DNA from: a virus
DNA length: 64,000 bases
Virus record (IMG/VR): IMGVR_UViG_3300035701_000001
Direction: 5' to 3' (one strand)
Position numbers and translations under genes: made by a program. The notes under the pieces are model-generated. The model made no database searches and was not told the origin of the DNA. It saw only the letters and a list, made by a program, of their open reading frames with translations. Positions 36,907 through 46,094 of this stretch are shown here, piece after piece (positions within the stretch are counted from its first letter, which is position 1; the number at the start of each line of letters is the position of its first letter).

Positions 36907-37284
36907 ATGCTCTACACGGATATCCTTCGCATTTTTCTCGACTGGCTTGGAAGCAAAAGCTACCAACTCATCCTTCTCGACAAGCACGGGGAAGCCGAGG
37001 AGACAATGGACCCAGAAGATGCCATCCTTGCTTTCTTGCACGACGTTTCGGACAATGGATGGAAATCCGGGGAACCGCCCGAGGACATAGACAAGGTACT
37101 GGCGTTCGGAGTCGCTTGGGACACCGGAGAGCCCCTCCTGGAAGTCCTGCGCCGCCACAAACAAGACTGGACCGCCCACAAGGGGCTGACCGTCGGGTCG
37201 TCGTTGATCCGGAAATGGCAATCCGATTGGCTCTGGATGCCACTGCCTGAGATTCCATCTAAAACGGAGGACAAGAAGTCATGA
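36907..37284 (+). CDS. Array B member B5
   Basis: WKSGEPPEDIDKVL...WQSDWLWMPLPEIP. Confidence 0.8.
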   Translation: MLYTDILRIFLDWLGSKSYQLILLDKHGEAEETMDPEDAILAFLHDVSDNGWKSGEPPEDIDKVLAFGVAWDTGEPLLEVLRRHKQDWTAHKGLTVGSSLIRKWQSDWLWMPLPEIPSKTEDKKS

Positions 37285-37628
37285 ACCCCACTCAAATCGC
37301 ACTCACCTTCCTCCACTGGCTGGAAACCAAGGAGTACGTTTTCATCGCGCTCGACGCGGACAAAGCCAAGGATGCGCGGATGACGACCGAGGAACTCCTC
37401 GATGCGTTCCGTATGGAACATCCCGAGGCCCATGACGACTGGCAGTCCGGTGTTCCTCCCCTGGGTATCAACATCGTGCTGCTATGGGGTCCCCACGAGA
37501 GCAACCCGATGATCGCGAAACGACGGGAAGGCCGATGGTGGCGGCCCGAGTACAGGGACTGGCTCACAGACTGGGAGTCCGGTTGGTACTGGATGCCCTT
37601 GCCCCTGCCACCGGAGGTGTCCAAATGA
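37281..37628 (+). CDS. Array B member B6
   Basis: WQSGVPPLGINIVL...WESGWYWMPLPLPP. Confidence 0.8.
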   Translation: MNPTQIALTFLHWLETKEYVFIALDADKAKDARMTTEELLDAFRMEHPEAHDDWQSGVPPLGINIVLLWGPHESNPMIAKRREGRWWRPEYRDWLTDWESGWYWMPLPLPPEVSK

Positions 37629-37993
37629 ATTGGGTCGCTGACATCGAAGAAGTCGAAGAGATGCTTCGCAACAAAGAGTTCGAACAAGTTGTAGAGACGT
37701 ACCGGTACGTGCTCTACAACCTGACAGGCAGAGACAAGTACGAAAGCTTCCCAGGATCGGAAGAACGATACGCAGCCCTCTTACGGTCTTCATGGAGAAC
37801 CGGAGAACCGCCCGAGGGCACAAACTGGGTGTTGATCTGGAAAGTGAAAGTTGGTTGTTACGAATTTTCGGAAAGAGACAAGTGGGACGCCACCGGTCTA
37901 TGGAAGACAGGCAACGAAGAGGACCCGGCAGGTCCTTGGAATCCCGACTGGTACTGGATGCCCCTGCCCCCGCCTCCCGTGAAGAAAGGCTGA
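37625..37993 (+). CDS. Array B member B7
   Basis: WRTGEPPEGTNWVL...WNPDWYWMPLPPPP. Confidence 0.8.
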   Translation: MNWVADIEEVEEMLRNKEFEQVVETYRYVLYNLTGRDKYESFPGSEERYAALLRSSWRTGEPPEGTNWVLIWKVKVGCYEFSERDKWDATGLWKTGNEEDPAGPWNPDWYWMPLPPPPVKKG

Positions 37994-37996
37994 CCC

Positions 37997-38359
37997 ATGG
38001 GCACCTGGACCACCGACGAAGCCGGACTTATCCGCATCGAAGCCTGGATCCGGGACGGAGAGAACCTGGCTCGCTCCGCCATCCAGGCGGACGGGCAGAG
38101 GGATCTGTTCGGCTACGCACTGCGTGCCTGCAAGGAGGTCATCCCCACCCTCCTCACCGCGTTACGCGAAGCACGGTCGTGGAGAGAAGGGGAACCCCCG
38201 GACGGGATCAACGAGGTCCTCATGAACAGCAGAGGGAACCTCGGAATTGCCTGGCGGGATTCCAAGGGATGGTTCGGTTCCATTTCCTGGGATCCGGACT
38301 GGCGCTGGGCTCCCATCCCGGAAGGGCGTTGGGCTTCCATCCCGGAGACGAAGCCATGA
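37997..38359 (+). CDS. Array B member B8
   Basis: WREGEPPDGINEVL...WDPDWRWAPIP. Confidence 0.8.
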   Translation: MGTWTTDEAGLIRIEAWIRDGENLARSAIQADGQRDLFGYALRACKEVIPTLLTALREARSWREGEPPDGINEVLMNSRGNLGIAWRDSKGWFGSISWDPDWRWAPIPEGRWASIPETKP

Positions 38360-38559
38360 CCGGTTGGAAGACAGGGGAACCACCGAACGGCACGGACCAG
38401 GTCCTGGTCTATGACGGACAGGGGGAGTTCTTTGTCGCAACCTGTGTCGGACACGAACTCTGGATCGGAAACGGGCTGCGTAACTGGCCGTCTGGCTGGT
38501 ACTGGATGACCCTGCCTGTGCCCCCCAAGGACGATACGACGAATGGAGAAAAGAAATGA
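38356..38559 (+). CDS. Array B member B9 (stand-alone DUF551-like module, 67 aa)
   Basis: MTGWKTGEPPNGTDQVL...WPSGWYWMTLPVPP. Confidence 0.78.
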   Translation: MTGWKTGEPPNGTDQVLVYDGQGEFFVATCVGHELWIGNGLRNWPSGWYWMTLPVPPKDDTTNGEKK

Positions 38560-38765
38560 AGATCTACCTCCAGTTCTACCAGGAAGGAGACCGGTTGGTC
38601 ATCTCAGGACTGGGACCCGAAGACCCGGTTCCGAACATCGGAGATCGCATCGAACGAAACGAGGGCCTGTACCGGGTGGCAGGACGGGTCTTCAAACCGT
38701 ATTGCGACCAGATCCTCCTCCTCATCGACCGTACCTCCATCCGCGTGGAAGGAGGGATATTGTGA
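38556..38765 (+). CDS. small hypothetical protein
   Basis: ATGA/GTGA overlaps. Confidence 0.68.
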   Translation: MKIYLQFYQEGDRLVISGLGPEDPVPNIGDRIERNEGLYRVAGRVFKPYCDQILLLIDRTSIRVEGGIL

Positions 38766-39022
38766 GCATTTCCGAGAAAGCCGAGGAGAAGGCAACGCTG
38801 TTGCGGAGCCTGCTCGTGATCGAGATGCGGAAGTCCGGGCTCGGACAGGTCGAGATCGCAAAACGGGCAGGGACCTCGCAGTCCACCGTCGCCCGCCTGT
38901 GGGCAGGACAGGCCATGCCCGGCCTTGCAGAATTCATCGCGTATTGCTGGGTGCTCGGCCTCAACCCGACTGAGGTACTGCAGAGCGTAGACACCCGACT
39001 CCCCAAGGAGACACCTTCGTGA
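38762..39022 (+). CDS. XRE-family helix-turn-helix protein
   Basis: MRKSGLGQVEIAKRAGTSQSTVARLWAGQAMPGL. Confidence 0.8.
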   Translation: MSISEKAEEKATLLRSLLVIEMRKSGLGQVEIAKRAGTSQSTVARLWAGQAMPGLAEFIAYCWVLGLNPTEVLQSVDTRLPKETPS

Positions 39023-39399
39023 ACCGAATCGACCAGCACCTTCTGCTCGACCGGGCCGTGCTCGTTTTGCAGCAATTCGATACCCTCACCGAGGAAGAAC
39101 AGGACTACCTGTCCGATCTGCGGGAAGCTCTCTGGAAGCAGATGGACGGCAAACAAGCCGAAGAGTTGGAAGCCCGATGGAGGGGGCTGCAGACATCGGT
39201 TGGGTGGAGGAAGGGGGAACCGCCCGAGGGAACGGATCATGTGATGTGTTGGAGGGATACACGCATTTCGATTCTACACAAGATGAACAGGTTCAAAGGT
39301 GAGAAGTTCGCATATTGGGAGGGGGGGAGAAGTGCAACGGCATGGAATCCCGACTGGTTCTGGATGCCCCTGCCTTCTTCTCCGGAGAAAAAATCGTGA
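39019..39399 (+). CDS. Array B member B10
   Basis: WRKGEPPEGTDHVM...WNPDWFWMPLPSSP. Confidence 0.8.
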   Translation: MNRIDQHLLLDRAVLVLQQFDTLTEEEQDYLSDLREALWKQMDGKQAEELEARWRGLQTSVGWRKGEPPEGTDHVMCWRDTRISILHKMNRFKGEKFAYWEGGRSATAWNPDWFWMPLPSSPEKKS

Positions 39400-39776
39400 A
39401 ACTGCCCAAGACACTGTACTGGGTACGGCCCAATGCCTTCTCCCTTGTCGAGAGGCTGCCGGAAGACATCCTTGCAAAAGCAGATCCCACCGTGGATCCA
39501 AGCTGGCATCGCTGGATGAAGGTCGAGTTCGACGAGGGCAGTGTCGAGTACTTCTGCGGGGATTTCCAGTGTCAAGGAGCATGCCATCTTCCCAAACTGG
39601 TAGCGCACGTCGAGGAACGGAACGGAGACCTTGTCGTTTCCCATCGAACCATGTGCTCTGCTTTATGTGGAATCGAACAGGCGTTTGGAAGGCCTCTTCC
39701 TGATTCCTGGAAGGGAGAAGTCCGTGAATATCCCGTGGAAGCCTGGGAACACCTCAGGAAGTTCTGGTGGGTCTGA
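39396..39776 (+). CDS. hypothetical protein
   Basis: GTGA overlap. Confidence 0.68.
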   Translation: MKLPKTLYWVRPNAFSLVERLPEDILAKADPTVDPSWHRWMKVEFDEGSVEYFCGDFQCQGACHLPKLVAHVEERNGDLVVSHRTMCSALCGIEQAFGRPLPDSWKGEVREYPVEAWEHLRKFWWV

Positions 39777-40270
39777 TGATCACCTTGCCAAAAAGCTGGA
39801 AATCCATGCCCCAACCGAATGAGGACTCGCGAGAATATCGTCTGCCCACAAGGGGCTGGACAACGGACGTGGGAGAGTACACACGGGCCTGGGACCGTCT
39901 GGTTCAGGCAGGAGCCCGTATTCTGGACCTCGAACCCCTGGGGTGTGATCCGGGCGTCTGTTTTCACACAGGGGTCGGCGCTCATCCGGTTGCGGGGTTG
40001 TCCCCCCAGACCATCGAACGGCTCATTGAACTGGAATCCCGAGCAGCCCCTTCTCACTCCCCGCTCGAAGTGACTGCGGACGAAGAACGTGACCGCATCG
40101 TGGCCTTCCTGAACAAGAGAGGAGACAAGCTGGCCCGTGAGGGGGAACACGACCGGGCATTGGCCCTTCGCAATGCAGCCCATCTTCTCTCTCGAAATGG
40201 CCACAGGACTGCATCCCAATCCGCTCTCGAATCCTCGACCCCTCCCCTCGATGGAGAGTTCAAACCATGA
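39776..40270 (+). CDS. hypothetical protein
   Basis: TGATG overlap. Confidence 0.68.
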   Translation: MITLPKSWKSMPQPNEDSREYRLPTRGWTTDVGEYTRAWDRLVQAGARILDLEPLGCDPGVCFHTGVGAHPVAGLSPQTIERLIELESRAAPSHSPLEVTADEERDRIVAFLNKRGDKLAREGEHDRALALRNAAHLLSRNGHRTASQSALESSTPPLDGEFKP

Positions 40271-40884
40271 CCTCCACACCCGAACGTCTGGCGCTTCTGC
40301 GCGCCGCCTACACCCGCCACCATCTGCCCCTGCGGGGGGTCCAGACACTGGGTGGCTGGTTCTGTACCCAGGTTGACGTGGCAAACTCCGTGTGGGTTCA
40401 CGAACTCCGGAGCGGAGCGCGCTACCTCGCAACGGTACTCATGAAGACGAGTTCCGAGGTCACGAGCATCTTCGGTCCGACTGGACTGGCTGGGGTACGT
40501 CACGGTTCCGATGGTTCCCTTGCTCCGATGGGAGAATGGGAAGGGGAACTCGATGACCCACGCAAGGCGTTGCTCGATGGAGATCTCCTGCCCGACCTCT
40601 CCGACCCGCTGACCTTCCACCTGGCTTTGCGCGAGCTTGCCGAGGCAGACGGCGTTCCCAACCGGCCGCACAGCCCCAACATCGGGTTTGGCTGGACACA
40701 GGGATCCGCCGATCAGCGCGCTGAAAGGAGCGACGAACGGGGAGAATGTCCCCCGTTCTGGACGCTCGTCGTGATGGATCCCAATGGCTGGACCTCACGG
40801 CACTACTTTCACATCGACACGGACGATCCCATCGACGCCCTGCTCCAAACCCGCATCCAGGTACACGAGGAATCAAAGAAATGA
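40267..40884 (+). CDS. hypothetical protein, paralogue of 42691
   Basis: RLALLRAAY...TLGGWFC...LLPDLSDP...TDDPIDALL. Confidence 0.78.
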   Translation: MTSTPERLALLRAAYTRHHLPLRGVQTLGGWFCTQVDVANSVWVHELRSGARYLATVLMKTSSEVTSIFGPTGLAGVRHGSDGSLAPMGEWEGELDDPRKALLDGDLLPDLSDPLTFHLALRELAEADGVPNRPHSPNIGFGWTQGSADQRAERSDERGECPPFWTLVVMDPNGWTSRHYFHIDTDDPIDALLQTRIQVHEESKK

Positions 40885-41720
40885 CCTTGCCTCGGGTCGA
40901 AAGCTGCACCGTGATGAGCGGCAGGAATCCCCACCGAGTCCTGTCCGGAGACCTCCGGGGTTGGATGGCATACCAGGGAGACTTGCGCCTGACGGCATGG
41001 ATCGAGGTGGACGCAAGAAAGGCACGGCTCACCGCTTCCAATATGGAGGCCAACGTGCTGCAGCGTTGCGACTTGTCCGAAGCGGATCTGTCCGGTTCCT
41101 CGCTTCGCGGGGCGGCGTTCCTCGACTGCACCCTGAAAAAAACCACCTGGAAAGGTGCTGAAATTACATCGGCCACCTTCATCGGATGTGATCTCTCGGG
41201 ATCCGATTTCGTGGGCGCGGACCTGGAGTGGACAACCCTGTACGACTGCGACCTATCCTTCGTCTCTTTCTGGCGCTGTGGCCTGAAGGACACGCACCTC
41301 TACTCCTGCCATGGCCCGGCCCTCTACCTGCGGTCGGACCTGGAACTGCTGCGGGAAGTCTCGGGAGGACGACTTCGGGCCTACAGGTGGGAAACCCCAG
41401 AGGGTGCCTGGCGTTCTCCTCCCTATGAAGTCGGGAAAACTTACCACGCTGCTCTCAACCGCAACCGTCGACTCGGCTGTGCTCCCGGCATCCATGCTGC
41501 AACTCTCGACTGGTGTATCGACATTGCGATGCGAGAAACCCACTGGAACGGAACCGGAGAAGCCCCGTTCCGCATCCTGGAAGTCTCGGCTTCTCCCGCC
41601 GAAGTCATCGTTCCCTTCACGCGAGCACGACTGCGGTGCTCGGACCTTACCGTGGAACGAATCGTACCCCAGGAAGAATGGCTGCATTCCCTCGAAACTT
41701 CAGACGAGGCGACTCCATGA
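40881..41720 (+). CDS. pentapeptide-repeat protein with C-terminal YEVGKTY...CxxGIH domain
   Basis: CDLSEADLSGSSLRGAAFLDCTLKKTTWKGAEITSATFIGCDLSGSDFVGADLE. Confidence 0.85.
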   Translation: MTLPRVESCTVMSGRNPHRVLSGDLRGWMAYQGDLRLTAWIEVDARKARLTASNMEANVLQRCDLSEADLSGSSLRGAAFLDCTLKKTTWKGAEITSATFIGCDLSGSDFVGADLEWTTLYDCDLSFVSFWRCGLKDTHLYSCHGPALYLRSDLELLREVSGGRLRAYRWETPEGAWRSPPYEVGKTYHAALNRNRRLGCAPGIHAATLDWCIDIAMRETHWNGTGEAPFRILEVSASPAEVIVPFTRARLRCSDLTVERIVPQEEWLHSLETSDEATP

Positions 41721-42694
41721 CCTACCCCCCACCCTCTTGTCTACAAGGCTCTGTCAAACCAATTCCTGAACACCCCCCCATCGTATCGGACAAGCCCCTG
41801 CTCCGGATGAAGCTCGAACTGGTACGGGGCTGCCCGTATACGTGTGGTGCCTGCAATCCGCCGAAGGACTGGCTTCCTATGTCCACCGAGAAGGTCTATG
41901 CAGCCGTCCGGTCCTTTGAGATGGCCCGGATGACGCAAGAAGATGTCTTTCCAATGCTTCACTTGCACGGATGGGGAGAACCCTCCCTTCGTCCAGATCT
42001 GGTTGACGTCGTTGCCAGGATTCGGGACATGACCCCGGCCCTCCTGGTGCTAAGCACCAATGGCGCGGTTCCCGAACGCATTGCAACCCTCCCTGTGGAT
42101 CGCCTTGTTCTTGGCCTGGACTCTCTCGACCCGACCATGCATCGAAAGACCCGTGGCTGGTCCCTCGACAACACCCTGCGTCTGCTTTCGGTCGTAGATC
42201 TCTCTCACGTCACCCTCACATCCCTGGTTCACAGGGAAAACACAGCAGATATCCTTCGGATCTCGGACCTTTTCTCCACTTCGATCCGGCATGTGGTGCG
42301 ACGATACGACGAGGATTTGATTGGGGGAACAGGGAACTACACAGGGCCGGACGTCGCGGACCCGTCATTCTTGAAAAAGTTCTGGAAGTGCCTAGAAGAG
42401 CGTGGATATGACGTTTCCGAAATCGGTTCCTCGGACGGAGAGGCCCGCCGGGGGGAATGCACGGTCGGCTACGATGGCCAAGTCTATCGGTGCCTTTCCC
42501 ACTGGTCGACGACAAGCCCCGTGGACATCCCGGTGTACGATGCCCTCACTCTCGGAATGCCCACGGGGTGTACACGTTGCTTCTGCTGTAAACCCCGGTT
42601 GGCCGTTCGGCCAACTGCCCGAGAACCGAAGCCGTGGGATGGAGAACCCGTAAAGAAAATGGACTTTGATACGAAGGAGTTGAAAAGACAATGA
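41717..42694 (+). CDS. radical SAM protein with Cys-rich (SPASM/twitch-like) C-terminus
   Basis: CPYTCGAC (CxxxCxxC), GWGEPSL, STNG, GLDSLD; CTVGYDGQVYRC...CTRCFCC. Confidence 0.85.
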   Translation: MTYPPPSCLQGSVKPIPEHPPIVSDKPLLRMKLELVRGCPYTCGACNPPKDWLPMSTEKVYAAVRSFEMARMTQEDVFPMLHLHGWGEPSLRPDLVDVVARIRDMTPALLVLSTNGAVPERIATLPVDRLVLGLDSLDPTMHRKTRGWSLDNTLRLLSVVDLSHVTLTSLVHRENTADILRISDLFSTSIRHVVRRYDEDLIGGTGNYTGPDVADPSFLKKFWKCLEERGYDVSEIGSSDGEARRGECTVGYDGQVYRCLSHWSTTSPVDIPVYDALTLGMPTGCTRCFCCKPRLAVRPTAREPKPWDGEPVKKMDFDTKELKRQ

Positions 42695-43569
42695 CCCATG
42701 AAGGAGTTCACGTCTCCATGACCACACCCACTTCCCAACGCCTCGCTCTGCTGCGCGCCGCCTACCCCGAAGGGTACCTCGCCCAGGAAGGAGCCAAGAC
42801 CCTGCGCGGCTGGCGTTGTTCGGATCCGAAACCGCCTGCCCATTTTCTCATGGAGACGATGTTCCTGCCGCCCGGTGCGTGTTGGCTCACCCGCGACACG
42901 CACACGTTCACGACAAGTCTGCAAGGTTGGAGCCCGGCCGACATGGAGACCGGACTGTTGCCAGATTTGACCGATCCCGCCACCTGGGCACTCGCACTGC
43001 TCGACCTCGCGAATGCATTGGAGTGGAAAGAACCCTGCAACCTGACATGGCGCTGTGCACAGAAGAAGGACGGCTTGTTCACCTGGGCAATCACCAGCCA
43101 TCCCTCTGACATGACAGCGATACTGACCCGGTTCCTGTCGGCCTGCTTCACCGCAGACGACAAGGGGCTGAAGGCACTACAGGACGTGGAGTCCTGCCGG
43201 GGATTCGATCTCGGTACCGATGACCCCCTCGACGCCCTGTTGGCTGCACGGGCTTCCCTGTATGAAAAGGAAATTCCAAAGGGTATTCCCGATGTCTCGA
43301 CCCAGACCATGTCCTCCAAAACCTCGGCCAACGGCTATGACCAGAAACCAAAAAACGAAGCCGACCGTATCCTTCTCGCCATCCTGCGGGGGGAACGAGA
43401 GGATCACGACGAGTCTTTTCTGCACGTAGACCTTGCCAACCTGAAGGCCAGAGGCATCACGCCGACGATCAACCCCTTCTGCAAGTTCTGCGGATCCTAC
43501 GACGTGCTCGGACACGGAGGGGCCTGCAAGCCTTGCGTTCGGAAACGACATCCCACGGAGATTCCATGA
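42691..43569 (+). CDS. hypothetical protein, paralogue of 40267
   Basis: RLALLRAAY...TLRGWRC...LLPDLTDP...TDDPLDALL. Confidence 0.78.
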   Translation: MTHEGVHVSMTTPTSQRLALLRAAYPEGYLAQEGAKTLRGWRCSDPKPPAHFLMETMFLPPGACWLTRDTHTFTTSLQGWSPADMETGLLPDLTDPATWALALLDLANALEWKEPCNLTWRCAQKKDGLFTWAITSHPSDMTAILTRFLSACFTADDKGLKALQDVESCRGFDLGTDDPLDALLAARASLYEKEIPKGIPDVSTQTMSSKTSANGYDQKPKNEADRILLAILRGEREDHDESFLHVDLANLKARGITPTINPFCKFCGSYDVLGHGGACKPCVRKRHPTEIP

Positions 43570-43970
43570 ACAAGCTCACGAAGGAAAACCGCAAGGAACT
43601 CGACCTGGCCCGTGACACCCTGCAACAAGCCGAGGCAGATGTCGCAGCCGCTGTCGAGGAATACAACGCCGCCCTTGCCCTTGCCTGGACAGAGGTAGAA
43701 GTAGCTCTGGAGAAGCTCTACGAAGCCCGAGGAGATGCCTCCTCGGTGATCTCGTCCTTCGTCCAGCAGATGGAGGACTACGCCTCGGAACGCTCCGAGC
43801 GGTGGCAGGAAGGGGAGGCCGGGCAGTCCTACGAAGCGTGGAAGAACAGCTTCGAGGAAATCACGATGGATCTCGAAGCAGACCCTGTGGAAGTCCCAAC
43901 GCCCCTCGATGTGGGAGATTGGCTGGAGGGCTACGAAGCGATGAGCGGTCTCTCGGACAGCCCGGAGTAG
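43566..43970 (+). CDS. acidic helical phage protein
   Basis: YASERSERWQEGEAGQSYEAW motif. Confidence 0.75.
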   Translation: MNKLTKENRKELDLARDTLQQAEADVAAAVEEYNAALALAWTEVEVALEKLYEARGDASSVISSFVQQMEDYASERSERWQEGEAGQSYEAWKNSFEEITMDLEADPVEVPTPLDVGDWLEGYEAMSGLSDSPE

Positions 43971-43986
43971 AGACAGGAGGCCCCTC

Positions 43987-44658
43987 ATGCGGCGTGGAAC
44001 CCTCTCCCTTCTCCTCGGAGCCCACCAGGTCGTCCTGCATCCGGTGTGCGTGGCCATGGCCTGGCATCGGATCCATGGACAATGGCCTCGTTGGGAGGAA
44101 GCCATCGCCATCCTCGTGCACGACTGGGGCTATCTCGGATGCCGGATGATGGATGGTCCCGATGGAGAACGGCATCCCGAAGCCGGGGCAAAGATTGCGA
44201 AGAAGATCGTCGGCTGGCTGGGAGGAGAAGAACGAGGACTCCAGGCTGAGACACTGGTCCGAGGCCATTCCAGGACCTATGCGAAACTCACTGGAATTCC
44301 CCCTTCGAAGCTCATGGCTCCGGACAAGCTGGCCCTGTGCTACGTCCCCTCCTGGATCTACGTCCCCGGAGCGCGATGGACGGGAGAAATGGCGGAATAC
44401 CGAGACAACTGCACGGCCTACTACGAGCGGACCGGGGATGGAGTCCCTCGGACTGCCTCGGACTGGGAATGGTTTGCCTGGGGCTGCGACTACATGGAAC
44501 GCGCGGCACAGGGGAAAGCCAGTCTCGTCACAAACAGGTCTTGCTCCGCAATCTCCGCGTCCTCTGCGGTGAAGAAAGACGAGGGACTTGTCACGGAGGA
44601 CACGGAGGACACAGAGAAAACGGAAAGTCCGCAGAACGGACTTGTAAAAACGGATTGA
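43987..44658 (+). CDS. HD-superfamily-like hydrolase
   Basis: GAHQVVLHP...ILVHDWGY...HPEAGA...GHSR...PDKLA; C-terminus runs through repeat R3. Confidence 0.7.
   Translation: MRRGTLSLLLGAHQVVLHPVCVAMAWHRIHGQWPRWEEAIAILVHDWGYLGCRMMDGPDGERHPEAGAKIAKKIVGWLGGEERGLQAETLVRGHSRTYAKLTGIPPSKLMAPDKLALCYVPSWIYVPGARWTGEMAEYRDNCTAYYERTGDGVPRTASDWEWFAWGCDYMERAAQGKASLVTNRSCSAISASSAVKKDEGLVTEDTEDTEKTESPQNGLVKTD
44544..44616. repeat. Repeat R3: single 27-19-27 palindrome
   Basis: CTCCGCAATCTCCGCGTCCTCTGCGGT-N19-GTCACGGAGGACACGGAGGACACAGAG. Confidence 0.9.
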
Positions 44659-44683
44659 CACACTGTGTGGCACAAGGCATCCT
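44655..44683 (+). promoter_or_regulatory. sigma70-like promoter P6 with operator TGACACA-CTG-TGTGGCA
   Basis: TTGACA-17-CATCCT. Confidence 0.75.
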
Positions 44684-44710
44684 TGTGACGCTCTCCGGAG
44701 GGATTGCCCC

Positions 44711-45691
44711 ATGACCGACAAGCACAAAACCCTGCAGGCCTGGGAGAAGAACCGGGGACGGGGGACCTCGGGCCTGTACTGGCAGCGGTGTGACGACGTC
44801 GGGCACATCGTCGTCCGGATCCCCGTCGAGATGGAGGATCTGCGCGGAGCCCTCGACGGGGTGCTTCCTTCCTTCCAATTCGAGGTGAACGACCCGGTTC
44901 CAAATGTCTGGAGTGGACGATGGACCCAGGCTCCCATCGAGTCCGGACAAGACAACCACCGATGTGGTCTCTGTGGGAAAAGAAGGGAAGAGGTGAGGAA
45001 ATTCTTCGTGGAGAACGACCAGTGCGTCATCGGGGTGTGCGACGAGTGCGTCCGGTTCATCTACGAGAACCTGCTGGAGCCGGGCGACAAGACCCATCCC
45101 CGTGAAACGAACGCCCAAGAAGAAGGACTTCCGAAGGAGAAGGAAGCGCCCGCCACAGAGCCCCCGCCGCAGCCGTTCCCACCCTGCTCCTGCTGCCTGC
45201 GGCTGAGCTATTGCAAGCACAAACCCCCGGAACACTGCATCGCGTACCTCTGTGCCCTGGACCCCGTCGCGTTCGATCCGTTGAGCGTTCCCTGTTCTCA
45301 GCACCTGTGTGGTGCAAAGAAGGGAGAGTCCTGTACTGAACTGGTGCCCATGGACTCGGAGGTCGGATGTGTTCTGACCTCGAAGACCCGCGAAACTCCC
45401 CATGCTTCTCGCATCCAGAAAGCCAAGGAAAAAAGGCGGGGAGATATCGAAGAAACCATTCATAGAATGGGAGCACTGTCTCCGCATACCACGATTCATG
45501 GGGTATTCGACCCGCATACGGCCGAGCCCTACAAAAAATCAAGAACTCCAGAAAAGACAGAGAAGCGTCCCTTCGCCTGTCCCATCTGCGAGGGGACCGG
45601 CCATTTCGGTTACGAGCCCACGACGGTGCCGATGCCGAGTCTTTGCCGGTCTTGTGATGGGACAGGAATCGTCTGGGGGCCTCCTCGATGA
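44711..45691 (+). CDS. mosaic multi-zinc-finger protein
   Basis: ClpX-like CGLCG...ICDEC-type finger, CxxxxCGAKKGESC...H..R finger, CPICEGTG...CDGTG. Confidence 0.75.
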   Translation: MTDKHKTLQAWEKNRGRGTSGLYWQRCDDVGHIVVRIPVEMEDLRGALDGVLPSFQFEVNDPVPNVWSGRWTQAPIESGQDNHRCGLCGKRREEVRKFFVENDQCVIGVCDECVRFIYENLLEPGDKTHPRETNAQEEGLPKEKEAPATEPPPQPFPPCSCCLRLSYCKHKPPEHCIAYLCALDPVAFDPLSVPCSQHLCGAKKGESCTELVPMDSEVGCVLTSKTRETPHASRIQKAKEKRRGDIEETIHRMGALSPHTTIHGVFDPHTAEPYKKSRTPEKTEKRPFACPICEGTGHFGYEPTTVPMPSLCRSCDGTGIVWGPPR

Positions 45692-45888
45692 TCCATCACA
45701 TCCGACTGACCCCCGAAGAAGTCCAGGAGGCCATCAAGCTCTACCTGGCTTCGATGAAGGGATTTTCCTGCAGAACTGCCGAGATCACGTTCTGTCAGCG
45801 GAGCCGGTCCACAGGAGATCCACGAGATCCGGACTTTTCAGTGTTTGACGGAGCGGAGGCCGTCGTGGCAGAGCGAGAAAAGGAATGA
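45688..45888 (+). CDS. small hypothetical protein
   Basis: ATGA overlaps. Confidence 0.68.
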   Translation: MIHHIRLTPEEVQEAIKLYLASMKGFSCRTAEITFCQRSRSTGDPRDPDFSVFDGAEAVVAEREKE

Positions 45889-46094
45889 CCGAAGAAATAA
45901 AAACCAGGTTCGACCGGAACGGGTTCCCGGTCTTCGATGACTTCGAGTACAAGAAGCCAAAGGGCGGTCAGTGGCAGAAGTGCAAGGATTGTGGTGGAAC
46001 GGGTCGAAAATACGAGTTCATGGACGACTGCTATCGCAATTGCTCGGTCTGTCATGGCACCGGTACGGTCTTCAACCGAGGGTCCAAGACATGA
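45885..46094 (+). CDS. DnaJ-like zinc-finger mini-protein
   Basis: CKDCGGTG...CSVCHGTG. Confidence 0.7.
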   Translation: MTEEIKTRFDRNGFPVFDDFEYKKPKGGQWQKCKDCGGTGRKYEFMDDCYRNCSVCHGTGTVFNRGSKT

